Below are positions 20,238 through 30,082 of a stretch of DNA of 64,000 nucleotides, in pieces (positions within the stretch are counted from its first letter, which is position 1; each line of letters opens with the position of its first letter). The DNA is from Thermoanaerobaculia bacterium. Lineage in GTDB: Bacteria; Acidobacteriota; Thermoanaerobaculia; Multivoradales; Multivoraceae. The translations under genes were made by a program, and so were the position numbers. The notes beneath the pieces were generated by a model, which saw only the letters and a program-made list of their open reading frames with translations, did no database searches and was not told where the DNA came from. The stretch lies in contig OY762911.1 in assembly GCA_963666565.1 (NCBI GenBank), positions 1,536,001 to 1,600,000 of the forward strand, read 5' to 3'.

Positions 20238-20887
20238 TCGCCCGCCTGACGCCGCAGGGCGGCCAGTGTCTCGACCGGGCGCTCGGCCGCGAAGACGCCG
20301 GAACCCACGACCGCGACGTCTACTCCGGCGGCCGCCACCTCGTCCAGGTTGCCGGGCTTGATGCCGCCGTCCATCTCGATGCTCACCTGCAATCCGCGTT
20401 CCTCGACCAGGGCGCGCAGGCGCCGCGCCTTCTCCAGCACTTCGGGGTGGAACGCCTGGCCGGCGAAACCGGGCACGACCGACATCAGCACGACGAAGTC
20501 CAGGTCGTCCAGGTAGGGCAGGAGCTCGTCCAGCGGCGTCGCCGGGTTGATCGCCACGCCGGCGGCTGCGCCGCGCTCGCGAATGCGCGCGGCCAGCCGG
20601 TCCGGCGCCGGGGTCGCCTCGTGGTGGATGGAGACCCACGCCGGCTCGCTGTCCAGGTACCGGTCCAGGAGCGCCTCGGGGTTCGAGACCATCAGGTGGA
20701 TGTCCAAGCCGATGCGCGTCCGCTTCGCCAGATCGGCGATGAGCGGCGGACCGAAGGTCAGGTTGGGGACGAAGTGGCCGTCCATCACGTCGACGTGGAT
20801 CAACCGGGCGCCGCCGTCCTCGCACAGCCTGACGGCGGATGCGAGGTCGGCGAGGTCCGCCGCCAGGATCGAAGGCGCGATCTTCAT
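20234..20887 (-). CDS. rpe: Ribulose-phosphate 3-epimerase
   Basis: Motifs IAPSIL, HVDVMDGHFVPNLTFG, DIHLM, MSVVPGFAGQ, DGGI. Confidence 0.97.
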   Translation of the reverse strand: MKIAPSILAADLADLASAVRLCEDGGARLIHVDVMDGHFVPNLTFGPPLIADLAKRTRIGLDIHLMVSNPEALLDRYLDSEPAWVSIHHEATPAPDRLAARIRERGAAAGVAINPATPLDELLPYLDDLDFVVLMSVVPGFAGQAFHPEVLEKARRLRALVEERGLQVSIEMDGGIKPGNLDEVAAAGVDVAVVGSGVFAAERPVETLAALRRQAGE

Positions 20888-20938
20888 CGTTCGGGTTCTT
20901 GCGGCGAACGTGCTTGCGGGCGGACGGGGCGGGCGGGT

Positions 20939-21715
20939 TCAGCGACTGTCTGGCGCGGCTACCACGAGGGCGATCGAATCGCTCTGCCGCAGGGGATGGC
21001 CCGGAAGGGGGTATTGACGCAGGACGATCCCGGCGGGGACGCCTTCGTAGGGTTCGTACTTTATCCTTCCGAGCCGGAATCCGCGCGTCTCGAAGAAGTC
21101 CCGGACCGGCGCTTCGGGCAGGTCGATCAGGTCGGGCATGACGAAGGTCGCTCCGGGGTTGGCGAGGCTGACCATCAGGTCCACCTGGGACGAAGGGTCG
21201 ATCCGGCTGCCGGCCGGAGGATCCTGGCCGACGACGGTTCCCGGCTGTCCCGACTCGGCGAACACGCTCCGGCTCCTGCCCATCCGCAGGCCGGAGGCGG
21301 TGAGGCTCACCTGGGCCGTCTGCAGGACCTGGCCGGTCAGGTCCGGCGTCTCGACCAGCTCCCGGCCCCGCGACAGGTAGATGACGACGCCGCTGTTCTC
21401 CTTCACCGCGCTGCCGGCCGGGGGGTCCTGCCGGAGCACGAGGCCGGCCGGGACCGCCTCGTCGTGGCGGTCCTCCTCCACCCGCTGCAGCGTCAGGCCG
21501 GCGGCGGCGAGTCCGGCTTCGGCCTGGCCGCGGTCGAGACCCACCAGATCGGGCGCCGCGACGACGCCGCTGCGGACGAAGTTCGAGAGGGCCACGTAGG
21601 ACGAGGCGCCGAGCAGGGCCACGAGCAGGCCCGCATAGGCCGCGACCAAGGCACTCCGCTTCAGCCAGCGTTGGCGCGCGGCTCTGCGGATCCCCTCCAG
21701 GAGCTTGCCGGACAT
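20939..21715 (-). CDS. PASTA-domain membrane protein (3 PASTA repeats)
   Basis: TM helix followed by three PDL.G...V..Q.P.AG repeats. Confidence 0.88.
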   Translation of the reverse strand: MSGKLLEGIRRAARQRWLKRSALVAAYAGLLVALLGASSYVALSNFVRSGVVAAPDLVGLDRGQAEAGLAAAGLTLQRVEEDRHDEAVPAGLVLRQDPPAGSAVKENSGVVIYLSRGRELVETPDLTGQVLQTAQVSLTASGLRMGRSRSVFAESGQPGTVVGQDPPAGSRIDPSSQVDLMVSLANPGATFVMPDLIDLPEAPVRDFFETRGFRLGRIKYEPYEGVPAGIVLRQYPLPGHPLRQSDSIALVVAAPDSR

Positions 21716-21730
21716 CGCGGTCGACTCGCC

Positions 21731-23041
21731 TCAGCGCCCGAGCGCGGGCAGGTTCTTCACCAGGTCGGAGTAGAGCGCGAACATCATGATCGCGAGCACC
21801 ACCGCCAGGCCGAACTGGGTCACCAGGTTCTTGATCCGGATCGAGAGGTCCCGGCGCAGAACGCTCTCGAACAGCAGGATGACGAGTTGGCCGCCGTCGA
21901 GCAACGGGATCGGCAGCAGGTTCAGGATGCAGATGTTCAGGCTGATCAGGGCGATCAGGAAGACGAGATCGCTGAAGCTCCTGCGAGCCGCCTGACCGCT
22001 GATCCGGCCGATCTCGATCGGTCCGGCCAGGGCGCTCTGCGGCGAGACCCGCCGCTCCATCATGCCGCCCAGGAAGCCGAAGATCTCCTCCGTCGTCTCC
22101 CAGTTGATGCGCGCGCTCTCGGCGACCGCGGCGACCGGGCCGACGCGCCGGTAGGAGAAGTGGCTGATCGCGATGCCGGCGCGGCCGACCCCGCCTTCCC
22201 TCTCCGGAACGAGCCGCACGAGCATGCGTTCCTCGCCGCGGCCGATCTCGATGCTCACTTCCTCGCCCGCCCGCGGCTCGACGAGCTGCCGGAAGTCGGC
22301 CGCGTCGGAGATCGGGTGGCCGTCGACGGCGTAGAGCGTGTCTCCGTACCGCAGGCCGACCTGCTCGGCCGGGGTGTCCTCGAACACCTGGCGAATCCGT
22401 GGCAGGAGGCTGGCGTAGAGCCCGGCGTCGCCCAGCTCGTAGCGCGGCATCCTGCGCGGGACGAGCACGGTGTTCAGAGCCTCTCCGTCGCGCTCGAAGT
22501 CGACGTCGAGGGCGCGTTCCGGCGACATCAGGACGGCGTTCGAGACGGCGCGCCAGTCGGGCATCTCCTCGCCGTCCAGGCTCAGGATGACGTCGCCCGG
22601 CATCAGCCCGGCCTCGGCCGCGGCGGACTCCGGTTCGACGCCTCCGATCTCGGTGCCGAGATCCCGCGGCCCGGCAAGTTCCGTGCCGGTCATCAGCACC
22701 GCGGCGATCAGCGCGATCGAGAGCACGACGTTGGCCGCCGGACCTGCCAGGAGCACGATCGTCCGCTGCCAGCGCGGCCTGGCGGTGAAGTCGCCGGCGT
22801 CGCCGGTGGGGTTGGCGGCGTCGACTTCCGAGAACGCGACGTAGCCGCCAAGGGGGATGATGGCCAGCCGGTACTCCGTGTCGCCGCGCTGGAAGCCCCA
22901 GATGCGGGAACCGATGCCGATGGAGAAGACCCGAACCCGGATCCGGAGCAGCCGGGCAGCCAGGAAGTGGCCCAGCTCGTGAATGAAGATGACGACTCCG
23001 ACCACGACCAGGAAGGCCAGCGTGTTGCTGAGGAAAGTCAT
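21731..23041 (-). CDS. rseP: RIP metalloprotease RseP
   Basis: HELGH, IPLGGYV, two PDZ domains, NLLPIPLLDGG. Confidence 0.95.
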   Translation of the reverse strand: MTFLSNTLAFLVVVGVVIFIHELGHFLAARLLRIRVRVFSIGIGSRIWGFQRGDTEYRLAIIPLGGYVAFSEVDAANPTGDAGDFTARPRWQRTIVLLAGPAANVVLSIALIAAVLMTGTELAGPRDLGTEIGGVEPESAAAEAGLMPGDVILSLDGEEMPDWRAVSNAVLMSPERALDVDFERDGEALNTVLVPRRMPRYELGDAGLYASLLPRIRQVFEDTPAEQVGLRYGDTLYAVDGHPISDAADFRQLVEPRAGEEVSIEIGRGEERMLVRLVPEREGGVGRAGIAISHFSYRRVGPVAAVAESARINWETTEEIFGFLGGMMERRVSPQSALAGPIEIGRISGQAARRSFSDLVFLIALISLNICILNLLPIPLLDGGQLVILLFESVLRRDLSIRIKNLVTQFGLAVVLAIMMFALYSDLVKNLPALGR

Positions 23042-23072
23042 CGTGCGAAGTGGCCGCTGAGAGGGCGTGGCA

Positions 23073-23100
23073 AACCGGGTGCGCTGGCGTCCCCGCCGGC
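23073..23100 (+). repeat. REP-like element (type B hairpin)
   Basis: CCGGGTGCGCTGGCGTCCCCGCCGGC between dxr and rseP. Confidence 0.7.
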
Positions 23101-23144
23101 TTCCGGCGCGAAGCGCCGGCTTCCGGATCCGCCGCTTGGCGACT

Positions 23145-24341
23145 CTAACCGCCGAATCGCTCCAGGACTTCCCGCGCCCGCCGCCGGCCCCACGAATCCC
23201 ACTCCAGCGCTTCGTCGATCGTCGCCGGCTCCGAACCGCCGGCCTCCCGGCCGTGACGCTCCAGCACCTCCGCCGCCGCCGGCACGATGGCGGTGAAGGG
23301 CGCCTCGCCGCCCAGGAAGGCCGCCACCGCCGTCTCGTTCGCCGCGTTGAGCGCCGCCGGCCCGCCCCGGCCCCGGGCGAGCGCTTCGCGCGCCAGGGAC
23401 GGCGCCGGGAAGACCTCCGGGTCGACTCCGCGGAAGTCCAGCGCGGAGCTCGCCTCCAGCAGTGCGCTCAGTCCATTCGCGCGCCCGTCGTGTCGCCGCG
23501 GCCAGCGTTCGGGGTAGGACAGCGCGTACTGGATCGGGTACTCCATGTCGTTGGCCGAGATCTGGGCGATCGAGTTGCCGTCGCGGAACTCGACGATCGA
23601 GTGAACCAGGGACTGCGGGTGGATCAGGATGTCGATGCGCGGTCCCGGAACGTCGAACAGGTAGCTGGCCTCGATCAGTTCCAGCCCCTTGTTCATCAGG
23701 GTCGCGGAGTCGACGCTGATCTTGGCCCCCATGGCCCACGTCGGATGTGCGGTCGCTTCGGCCGGCGTCACCGAGTCCAAGGTGGCGGGATCGCGGTCCA
23801 GGAACGGGCCGCCGGAGGCGGTCAGCACCAGGCGGCGGACCTCCCCGGGGCGTCCCGCGCGCAGCGCCTGGTGGATCGCGGCGTGCTCGCTGTCGACCGG
23901 CAGGAGCCGGGCGCCGGAGGCGGTCGCCAGCCGGCGCAGCAGCGGGCCGGCGGCGACCATCGCCTCCTTGTTGGCGAGGGCCAGATCGGCGCCGGCGGCG
24001 AGGGCGGCCGCGGCGGGCCGGAGGCCGGCGGCGCCGACGATCGCGGTCAGTACCAGGTCGATCCGGCCTTCGCCGACGGCGTCGACCAGCGCCGCTTCGC
24101 CCCAGGCGAGGGCGGCGCCCGGCGGCAGATCGCTCCGCACGCGCCCGGCCGCCTCCTCGGTTTCGACCACGACCCGGCGCGGCCGGAACTCCCGCGCCAG
24201 CTCCGCCAGCCGCGCCGGCTTCGTGCCCCTCGCGGCGAGCACGGCGACGTCCAGCTTCTCGGGGTGCTGCCGGGCCACGGCCAGCGCGGCCTCGCCGACC
24301 GAGCCGGTGGCGCCGAGCACGGCCAGATTGCGCGCGCTCAC
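23145..24341 (-). CDS. dxr: 1-deoxy-D-xylulose 5-phosphate reductoisomerase
   Basis: Motifs LGATGSVG, ANKE, PVDSEH, TASGGPF, HPTWAMGAKISVDSAT, NAANE. GTGA overlap with cdsA. Confidence 0.96.
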   Translation of the reverse strand: MSARNLAVLGATGSVGEAALAVARQHPEKLDVAVLAARGTKPARLAELAREFRPRRVVVETEEAAGRVRSDLPPGAALAWGEAALVDAVGEGRIDLVLTAIVGAAGLRPAAAALAAGADLALANKEAMVAAGPLLRRLATASGARLLPVDSEHAAIHQALRAGRPGEVRRLVLTASGGPFLDRDPATLDSVTPAEATAHPTWAMGAKISVDSATLMNKGLELIEASYLFDVPGPRIDILIHPQSLVHSIVEFRDGNSIAQISANDMEYPIQYALSYPERWPRRHDGRANGLSALLEASSALDFRGVDPEVFPAPSLAREALARGRGGPAALNAANETAVAAFLGGEAPFTAIVPAAAEVLERHGREAGGSEPATIDEALEWDSWGRRRAREVLERFGG

Positions 24342-25186
24342 GGCAGGAGCGAAGGCGCCGCGCCGGCCTGGACGGCGACGTAGAACACGGGCGCCGCCAG
24401 CAGCACGCTGTCGAGCCGGTCCAGCAGCCCGCCGTGGCCGGGCAGAAGGCCTCCCGTGTCCTTGACCTCCACGGCGCGCTTGAGCAGGGAGGCGACGAGA
24501 TCGCCCACCTGGGCCACGGCGCCGCAGAGCAGAGCCATGGCGGGGATGTCGATGCCGAGCGAGTCGGGCCCGCGCCAGACCAGGAACACGGCGACGCCGG
24601 CCGCGACGCTGGCGAGCAGACCGCTCACCGCGCCGCCGACCGTCTTCTTCGGGCTGAGCACGGGCGCCAGCGGCCGGCGTCCGAGCCGGCGGCCGCCGTA
24701 GTACGCGCCGACATCGCCCAGGGAGGCGACCGCGAGGATCCAGAACAGGAGCGCCGGCGAGCCGGCGTGCAGGTCGATCGCGGCGACGAGGAACAGGCCG
24801 AGCCACAGGACGCCGAACGCGAACAGCGACGAGGTCAGGAGCCGGTCGCGGACATTGGCGCGGTTGCCGAGACCGACGGCCAGCGCCAGGGCGAGGACGA
24901 GGGCCGCCACGGCGAACCAGACGCCGGCGCGGGTCGGACCCGCCGGCAGGGGCAGGTCGATCAGCCCGTTCCCGTTCGCGCAGGCGGCGGCCACCGCGCC
25001 GATGGCCAGCCACAGCGCCCAGGCGAGGGCGCGCGAGCCGACGATTCGCCGCACCAGGGCGCCGTACTCGGCCGCCGCCAGGACCATCGTTGCGGTGGCG
25101 GCCGCCACGAAGTAGACGGGTTCGAGGTAGAGGACGATGGCTGCCGCCAGCGCCGCGGTCACGACACCGGTGACGATGCGCTTCAT
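24338..25186 (-). CDS. cdsA: Phosphatidate cytidylyltransferase
   Basis: Motifs DVGAY, SPKKT, GDLVAS..KR...VKD.G.LLPGHGG.LDRLDS. Confidence 0.93.
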   Translation of the reverse strand: MKRIVTGVVTAALAAAIVLYLEPVYFVAAATATMVLAAAEYGALVRRIVGSRALAWALWLAIGAVAAACANGNGLIDLPLPAGPTRAGVWFAVAALVLALALAVGLGNRANVRDRLLTSSLFAFGVLWLGLFLVAAIDLHAGSPALLFWILAVASLGDVGAYYGGRRLGRRPLAPVLSPKKTVGGAVSGLLASVAAGVAVFLVWRGPDSLGIDIPAMALLCGAVAQVGDLVASLLKRAVEVKDTGGLLPGHGGLLDRLDSVLLAAPVFYVAVQAGAAPSLLP

Positions 25187-25926
25187 TGCGGGCGATCGTA
25201 TTCCACGCGCTCCAGGCACAGACCCCGGGCGGGCGCGTTCGGGCCGGCCTCGGCGCGCGGCCGGCCGGCGAGCAGCGCGGCCAGGCCGTCGAGCGACCGG
25301 CGGCCGCGGCCGATCTCCAGGGTCGTGCCCACCAGCGCGCGGACCATGCCGCGCAGGAAGCCGTCGCCGGCGACGCGGAAACGGATCTCGTCGCCGTACT
25401 CGGTCCATTCGGCGCGGTGGATCGTCCGCACCGGGCTGCGGTGGCTGCCGCCGGCCTTGGCGAAGGCCGAGAAGTCGTGCCGTCCGCGGACGAGGGAGGC
25501 GGCCGCCTTCATCGACTTGAGATCGAGGCCGCGCGGCGCCGGGACGACGAAGGGGGCCCGGAACGGGTCGATGACCGGCGCGGTGCAGAGCCGGTAGCGG
25601 TAGACCTTGAGCGACGCGCTCTTGCGGGCGTGGAACGAATCGTCGACGGCGTCGGCGGCGAGCATCCGGATGGCCGGCGGCAGGTGGTGGTTCGTGCCGT
25701 GGACGAGGGCGCGGCGGGTCTCGCGGTCCGGGAGCACGAGATGGGCCGTCTGGCCCGCGGCGTGGACGCCGGCGTCCGTGCGGCCGGCGCCGTGGACGGC
25801 GACGCGCTGGCCCGTGACCGCGGCCACGGCTTCCTCAACGACCTGCTGGATCGCCAGAGCGTTGTCCTGCCGCTGCCAGCCGGCGTAGTCCGTGCCGTCG
25901 TAGGCGATGAGGAGGCGGTACTTCAT
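25183..25926 (-). CDS. truA: tRNA pseudouridine(38-40) synthase
   Basis: Motifs YDGTDYAGWQ, AGRTDAGVHA, FHAR, HDFSAF, FLRGMVR. Confidence 0.95.
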   Translation of the reverse strand: MKYRLLIAYDGTDYAGWQRQDNALAIQQVVEEAVAAVTGQRVAVHGAGRTDAGVHAAGQTAHLVLPDRETRRALVHGTNHHLPPAIRMLAADAVDDSFHARKSASLKVYRYRLCTAPVIDPFRAPFVVPAPRGLDLKSMKAAASLVRGRHDFSAFAKAGGSHRSPVRTIHRAEWTEYGDEIRFRVAGDGFLRGMVRALVGTTLEIGRGRRSLDGLAALLAGRPRAEAGPNAPARGLCLERVEYDRPQ

Positions 25927-27410
25927 GGCGGGGAGAGGCGGCGCCGGTCGATCAGCAGGAGAATCGACGGCGGCATCCAGACGGCGGCGTAGACCCAGGG
26001 AAAGTACGGCACCCCGGCCAGCGCGGGAAGGTAGGCGAGCGGCAGCGTCGCGGAGAGCAGGAGGACGGCGCGGGCGCCGAGCAGCGCCGCCCAGGGGAGG
26101 ATCCAGATCAGGTACCACGGGTAGAACGTGGGACTCGCGAGGAACACGACCGCGAAGGCCGCGAACGCGGCGTGGACCGGCGCCGGGCGCCGCCGCCAGA
26201 GGCGAAGCCACGCCGCGGCGGCGGCGGCGAGGAGCGCGGCGCGAGCGAGGAACTGGGGATAGGCGTAGGAGTAGAGCGTGCTCCAGGGCGTCGCTTCGAC
26301 GTCGCCGCCGAAGGCGGTGCGGACCAGGTGGACCGCGCCGGCCGCGGCCAGGTCGATCCGCAGCAGCCGGAACAGCCGCCACAGCGGCTCGTACAGCGGG
26401 CCGTTGTACTCCCATCGCACCGCGTACTCGACAAGGCCGGACGGAAGGCCGCGGGTCCAGAGCAGCACGGCGGCCGCCGCCGGCAGCAGCAGCGCCGCGG
26501 CGCCGGCCGCGAACAGGCGTCCGCGCCGGCCGCCGGCGCCCCGCCACCACAACGGCAGCGCCGCCAGCGGCACGAGCTTCGCCAGCACCGCAAGCGCGGC
26601 CACCGCTCCGGCCGCCGCCCACCGGGTGGGTCGGCGTGGTTGCGGAGCGAGGCCTTCGGCCTCGCGCGTGCCACCTTCCTTCCGCCGGCCACCCCCAAGC
26701 AGCCACACACAACCGATGACCAGCGAAGCCCCGAGCGCGTCGACATGCCCCATCCCGGCGCCTTCCACGACGAGCAGCGGATTCCACACGTAGGCGAGAG
26801 CCGCCCGCCCGCTGCCCCGGCGCCGCGCCAGCGCCAGCAGCAGCGCGCAGCCCGCGACATCGACGGCGGCGAGCGCCGACTTCCAGGCGATCAGCGGCCG
26901 GGGCAGCGCCGATGCGGCGCCGAACATGCCCAGGGCCAGCGGCGGATACACCGTCGCCACGTCGCGATGCGCCGTCCGTTGCCACAGTTCGTCGCGCAAC
27001 CCGGCGAGGCCCGGGTCGTCCGGCGTCAGAAGATACGGGTTCGATCCGGAGACGGCGACGCGGCCGTCCCAGAGGTAACGGTAGACGTCGTCCGAGAGGC
27101 TGGGGCCGAGCGGCAGCGCGAGCAGGCGGAGCAGGACGGCCACGGCCAGGACGCCGGCGACCGGGAACTTGCCGCCCGCTCGCCGCGCCGCGCCCAGACG
27201 GCGCAGTCCCCACCACAGCGCGGCGAAGGCGAGCGACAGGACCAGCAGGAAGGGGATGCTCCGTCCGGGAGCGCCCGGCGCGGGAGCGAAACCGGTGCGG
27301 TCGAGCACGAGGAGCCCGACGAAGCAGGCCAGCAGAGGCCAGGCGGCCGCGGCAAGGGCCGCAGATCGGTCGCCGCTTCGGGGCGCTCCGTCGCTTCGTC
27401 GCCTTGCCAT
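25923..27410 (-). CDS. GT-C (GT87/DUF2029-like) membrane glycosyltransferase
   Basis: Motifs SDDVYRYLWDG, TVYPPLA, WNPL, GHVD, FYPWY; multiple TM helices. Start uncertain. Confidence 0.8.
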   Translation of the reverse strand: MARRRSDGAPRSGDRSAALAAAAWPLLACFVGLLVLDRTGFAPAPGAPGRSIPFLLVLSLAFAALWWGLRRLGAARRAGGKFPVAGVLAVAVLLRLLALPLGPSLSDDVYRYLWDGRVAVSGSNPYLLTPDDPGLAGLRDELWQRTAHRDVATVYPPLALGMFGAASALPRPLIAWKSALAAVDVAGCALLLALARRRGSGRAALAYVWNPLLVVEGAGMGHVDALGASLVIGCVWLLGGGRRKEGGTREAEGLAPQPRRPTRWAAAGAVAALAVLAKLVPLAALPLWWRGAGGRRGRLFAAGAAALLLPAAAAVLLWTRGLPSGLVEYAVRWEYNGPLYEPLWRLFRLLRIDLAAAGAVHLVRTAFGGDVEATPWSTLYSYAYPQFLARAALLAAAAAAWLRLWRRRPAPVHAAFAAFAVVFLASPTFYPWYLIWILPWAALLGARAVLLLSATLPLAYLPALAGVPYFPWVYAAVWMPPSILLLIDRRRLSPP

Positions 27411-27423
27411 ATCGTCAACGTCC

Positions 27424-28926
27424 GTGCTTCTGCCGGTCTACTACGCCGTTCTCGGCACGCTCGCTCTGTACGGACTGCATCGGCTGGTCCTGCTTCTGGC
27501 GCTTCGCCTGGCGCGGCCGCCCGCCGCCGGCGGAGACGACGGCGCGGCGGGCGCTGGCCCCCAAGATAGCGCGCCGTACGACGCCGAGTGGCCCCCGGTC
27601 ACCGTCCAACTGCCCATCTACAACGAGCGTTACGTCGCTCCCCGGCTGATCGCCGCCGTCCTCGACTTCGACTACCCGGCGGACCGGCTCGAAGTCCAGA
27701 TCCTCGACGACTCGACCGACGACACGGCCGACCGCGTCGAGGTCGCACTGGCCCGGACATCCGAACGGAGCCGGCCGCTGCCCCTCGTTCGCCACCTCCG
27801 GCGCACGGACCGGAAGGGCTTCAAGGCGGGCGCTCTCGCCGCCGGCCTGGAGCAGGCCCGGGGCGAGCTGATCGCGATCTTCGACGCCGACTTCGTGCCG
27901 CAACCGGACTTCCTCCGGCGGACGGTCCCGGCGTTCCGCGATCCGGGGCTCGGCATGGTCCAGGCGCGCTGGGACCACATGAACCGCGAGGACTCGCTCC
28001 TGACTCGCGCGCAGGCCGTGCTCCTGGACGGACACTTCCTTGTCGAGCAGGCCGCCCGGCACCGCTCCGGCTGCTTCTTCAACTTCAACGGCACCGCCGG
28101 CGTCTGGCGGCGGCAGGCGATCGAGGACGCCGGAGGCTGGCAGGCCGACACGCTGACCGAGGATCTCGACCTTTCCTACCGGGCACAGCTCGCCGGCTGG
28201 CGCTTCCTGCTGATGACCGACCTCGCGGTGCCCGCGGAGTTGCCGGCGCGGGTCAACGACTTCAAGAGCCAGCAGCACCGCTGGGCCAGGGGGTCGGCCC
28301 AGACGATGCGCAAGCTCCTCGGGTGCATCCTGCGCGGCGCGGCGAGGCCGCGGGTCAAGCTGGCGGCGGCGGCGCACCTGACCTCCGGCGTCTGCTACCC
28401 GCTGTTGGTGGTCCTCGGCCTCCTGCTCCTGCCGGCGATCCTCGAGCGGCGGGAGTCGCCGCAGCTTCTGTTCTGGATCGACGCGCCCCTCTTCCTGCTC
28501 GGCACGGCGGCGGTGGCTGGTTGCTACGCCGCCGGCCAGCGCCGGGCCGGGCGCCGCGGATCGAGGGTTTGGCTCGAGGTCCCGCTGGCGATGTCCGTCG
28601 GCATCGGTCTGTCGCTCCACAACTCGGCAGCGACGATCGCCGGTCTCCTGCGCCGCGGCGGCGTCTTCGCCCGCACGCCGAAGATCCCGGCGACCGCCCG
28701 CAACCCGCCCGCGCCCTATCGCTCGGGCGCGGTCTGGAGTCTCTGGGGCGAAGCGGCCCTGGCGCTCTACTTCTGGGTCTGCGTCGCCGCCGCGTGTCTC
28801 CACGGTCGCTGGTGGTCCCTGCCGTTTCTGTATCTGTTCGCCCAGGGGTACAGCCTGATCGCCCTCGGCGGCGCGCTGCCCCGGCCGGGGCACCGCGCCG
28901 GGAGCATTCGCGAGCTTGCACCGTAG
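27424..28926 (+). CDS. Processive GT2 glycosyltransferase (cellulose-synthase-like)
   Basis: Motifs VQLPIYNE, LDDSTD, GFKAGAL, FDADF, TEDLDL, QQHRW. Start GTG 27424 inferred. Confidence 0.88.
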   Translation: MLLPVYYAVLGTLALYGLHRLVLLLALRLARPPAAGGDDGAAGAGPQDSAPYDAEWPPVTVQLPIYNERYVAPRLIAAVLDFDYPADRLEVQILDDSTDDTADRVEVALARTSERSRPLPLVRHLRRTDRKGFKAGALAAGLEQARGELIAIFDADFVPQPDFLRRTVPAFRDPGLGMVQARWDHMNREDSLLTRAQAVLLDGHFLVEQAARHRSGCFFNFNGTAGVWRRQAIEDAGGWQADTLTEDLDLSYRAQLAGWRFLLMTDLAVPAELPARVNDFKSQQHRWARGSAQTMRKLLGCILRGAARPRVKLAAAAHLTSGVCYPLLVVLGLLLLPAILERRESPQLLFWIDAPLFLLGTAAVAGCYAAGQRRAGRRGSRVWLEVPLAMSVGIGLSLHNSAATIAGLLRRGGVFARTPKIPATARNPPAPYRSGAVWSLWGEAALALYFWVCVAAACLHGRWWSLPFLYLFAQGYSLIALGGALPRPGHRAGSIRELAP

Positions 28927-29027
28927 AATCGCATCGCAGTGAGATTCGCGGCGCAGGCGCCCGGGGAGGTGGGAGCTGGGGCCGGACAGCGAGCGTGCGA
29001 GCCGCGTGCCGGCGGCGGCCCGTGGCG

Positions 29028-29603
29028 ATGACCAGCCCCCTGACCCGTCATCCACCTCCGCCTCCGGCCATCGAGGTGGTCGTGCGGCCGGCGCGGCCCG
29101 CGGACGCGGCGTTCCTCCGCCGCTGGCGCGCGGAGCCGGCGGTGCGGCGCTACCAACCCCTGCACAACGTGTCCGTCGCCAAGCTGCGCGCGGACCTGGC
29201 GGGGCAGCGCCCGAAGGACCTGTACCGCGGCCGCGGCGACCGCTACACCTGGATGATCGAGTCCGACGGCGACCGCGCCGGCTGGATCACCCTTGCGGTC
29301 GTCAACTGGGAGCACGGCCTGGGCGAGCTCGGCTATGCCCTCTCGACGGACCACCACGGGCGGGGCACGATGACGGCGGCGCTCGGCCAGTTGCTGCCGG
29401 AACTCCTGCTGCGAACGCCGCTGGAGCGCCTCGAAGCCCGCTGCGCGATCGACAACGACGCCTCCCGCAGGGTGCTGGAGAAGCTGGGTTTCGTCTGCGA
29501 GGGCAGGCTCCGTTCGTACTTCGTGCTGCAGGGCCGCCGCACGGACCACTACCTGTACGCGCTCCTTCCGGAGGACTACATTCCGCGGACGATTCTGCGC
29601 TAG
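29028..29603 (+). CDS. GNAT (RimJ/RimL-type) acetyltransferase
   Basis: ELGYAL...HHGRGTM and NDASRRVLEKLGFVCEG. Confidence 0.88.
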   Translation: MTSPLTRHPPPPPAIEVVVRPARPADAAFLRRWRAEPAVRRYQPLHNVSVAKLRADLAGQRPKDLYRGRGDRYTWMIESDGDRAGWITLAVVNWEHGLGELGYALSTDHHGRGTMTAALGQLLPELLLRTPLERLEARCAIDNDASRRVLEKLGFVCEGRLRSYFVLQGRRTDHYLYALLPEDYIPRTILR

Positions 29604-29614
29604 GGTTGCCGCCC

Positions 29615-30082
29615 ATGAACGACGCCGCGCTGAAGAATCTGGAAGCAGGGATCGAACTGTTCCACGCGGAACGCACCGCAGAGGCCCGGACCGAGTTCGA
29701 GGCGGTGGTCGCCGCGGCCGCCGAGAGCCGCATCGCGAGCCGCGCCAGGGACTACCTCGCGGCGTGCGGTCGGGCCGAATCGGCGAAGGACCAGGAGGAC
29801 GCCGACGCCTTCACCGAGGCCGTGATGGCGCGAAACGACGGGGACATCGAGCGCGCCCTGAAGATCTGCACCGCGGGCTCGCGCACCCGGGACGGCCGGT
29901 TCGTCTACCTGGCCTCCTGCATCCGCGCGCTGAAGGGCGAGGACGCTGCGGCTCTCGACCAGCTCGCGAAGGCGATCGAACTCGATCCCAAGAACCGCGT
30001 GCGGGCCTTCCACGACACGGACTTCGCCTCCCTCCACGAGGACGAGCGCTTCGAGAGCCTCGTCCATGACCAGACCGACTGA
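29615..30082 (+). CDS. Small TPR protein
   Basis: Helical repeats, YLASCIRAL...LAKAIELDPKNR..AFHDTDFASL. Confidence 0.75.
   Translation: MNDAALKNLEAGIELFHAERTAEARTEFEAVVAAAAESRIASRARDYLAACGRAESAKDQEDADAFTEAVMARNDGDIERALKICTAGSRTRDGRFVYLASCIRALKGEDAAALDQLAKAIELDPKNRVRAFHDTDFASLHEDERFESLVHDQTD

Noticed and set aside
21731-25926. uppS missing from the cdsA-dxr-rseP cluster, and gatB without gatCA
   Set aside because: Such gene-order variation is common, and the genes may lie elsewhere in the genome.
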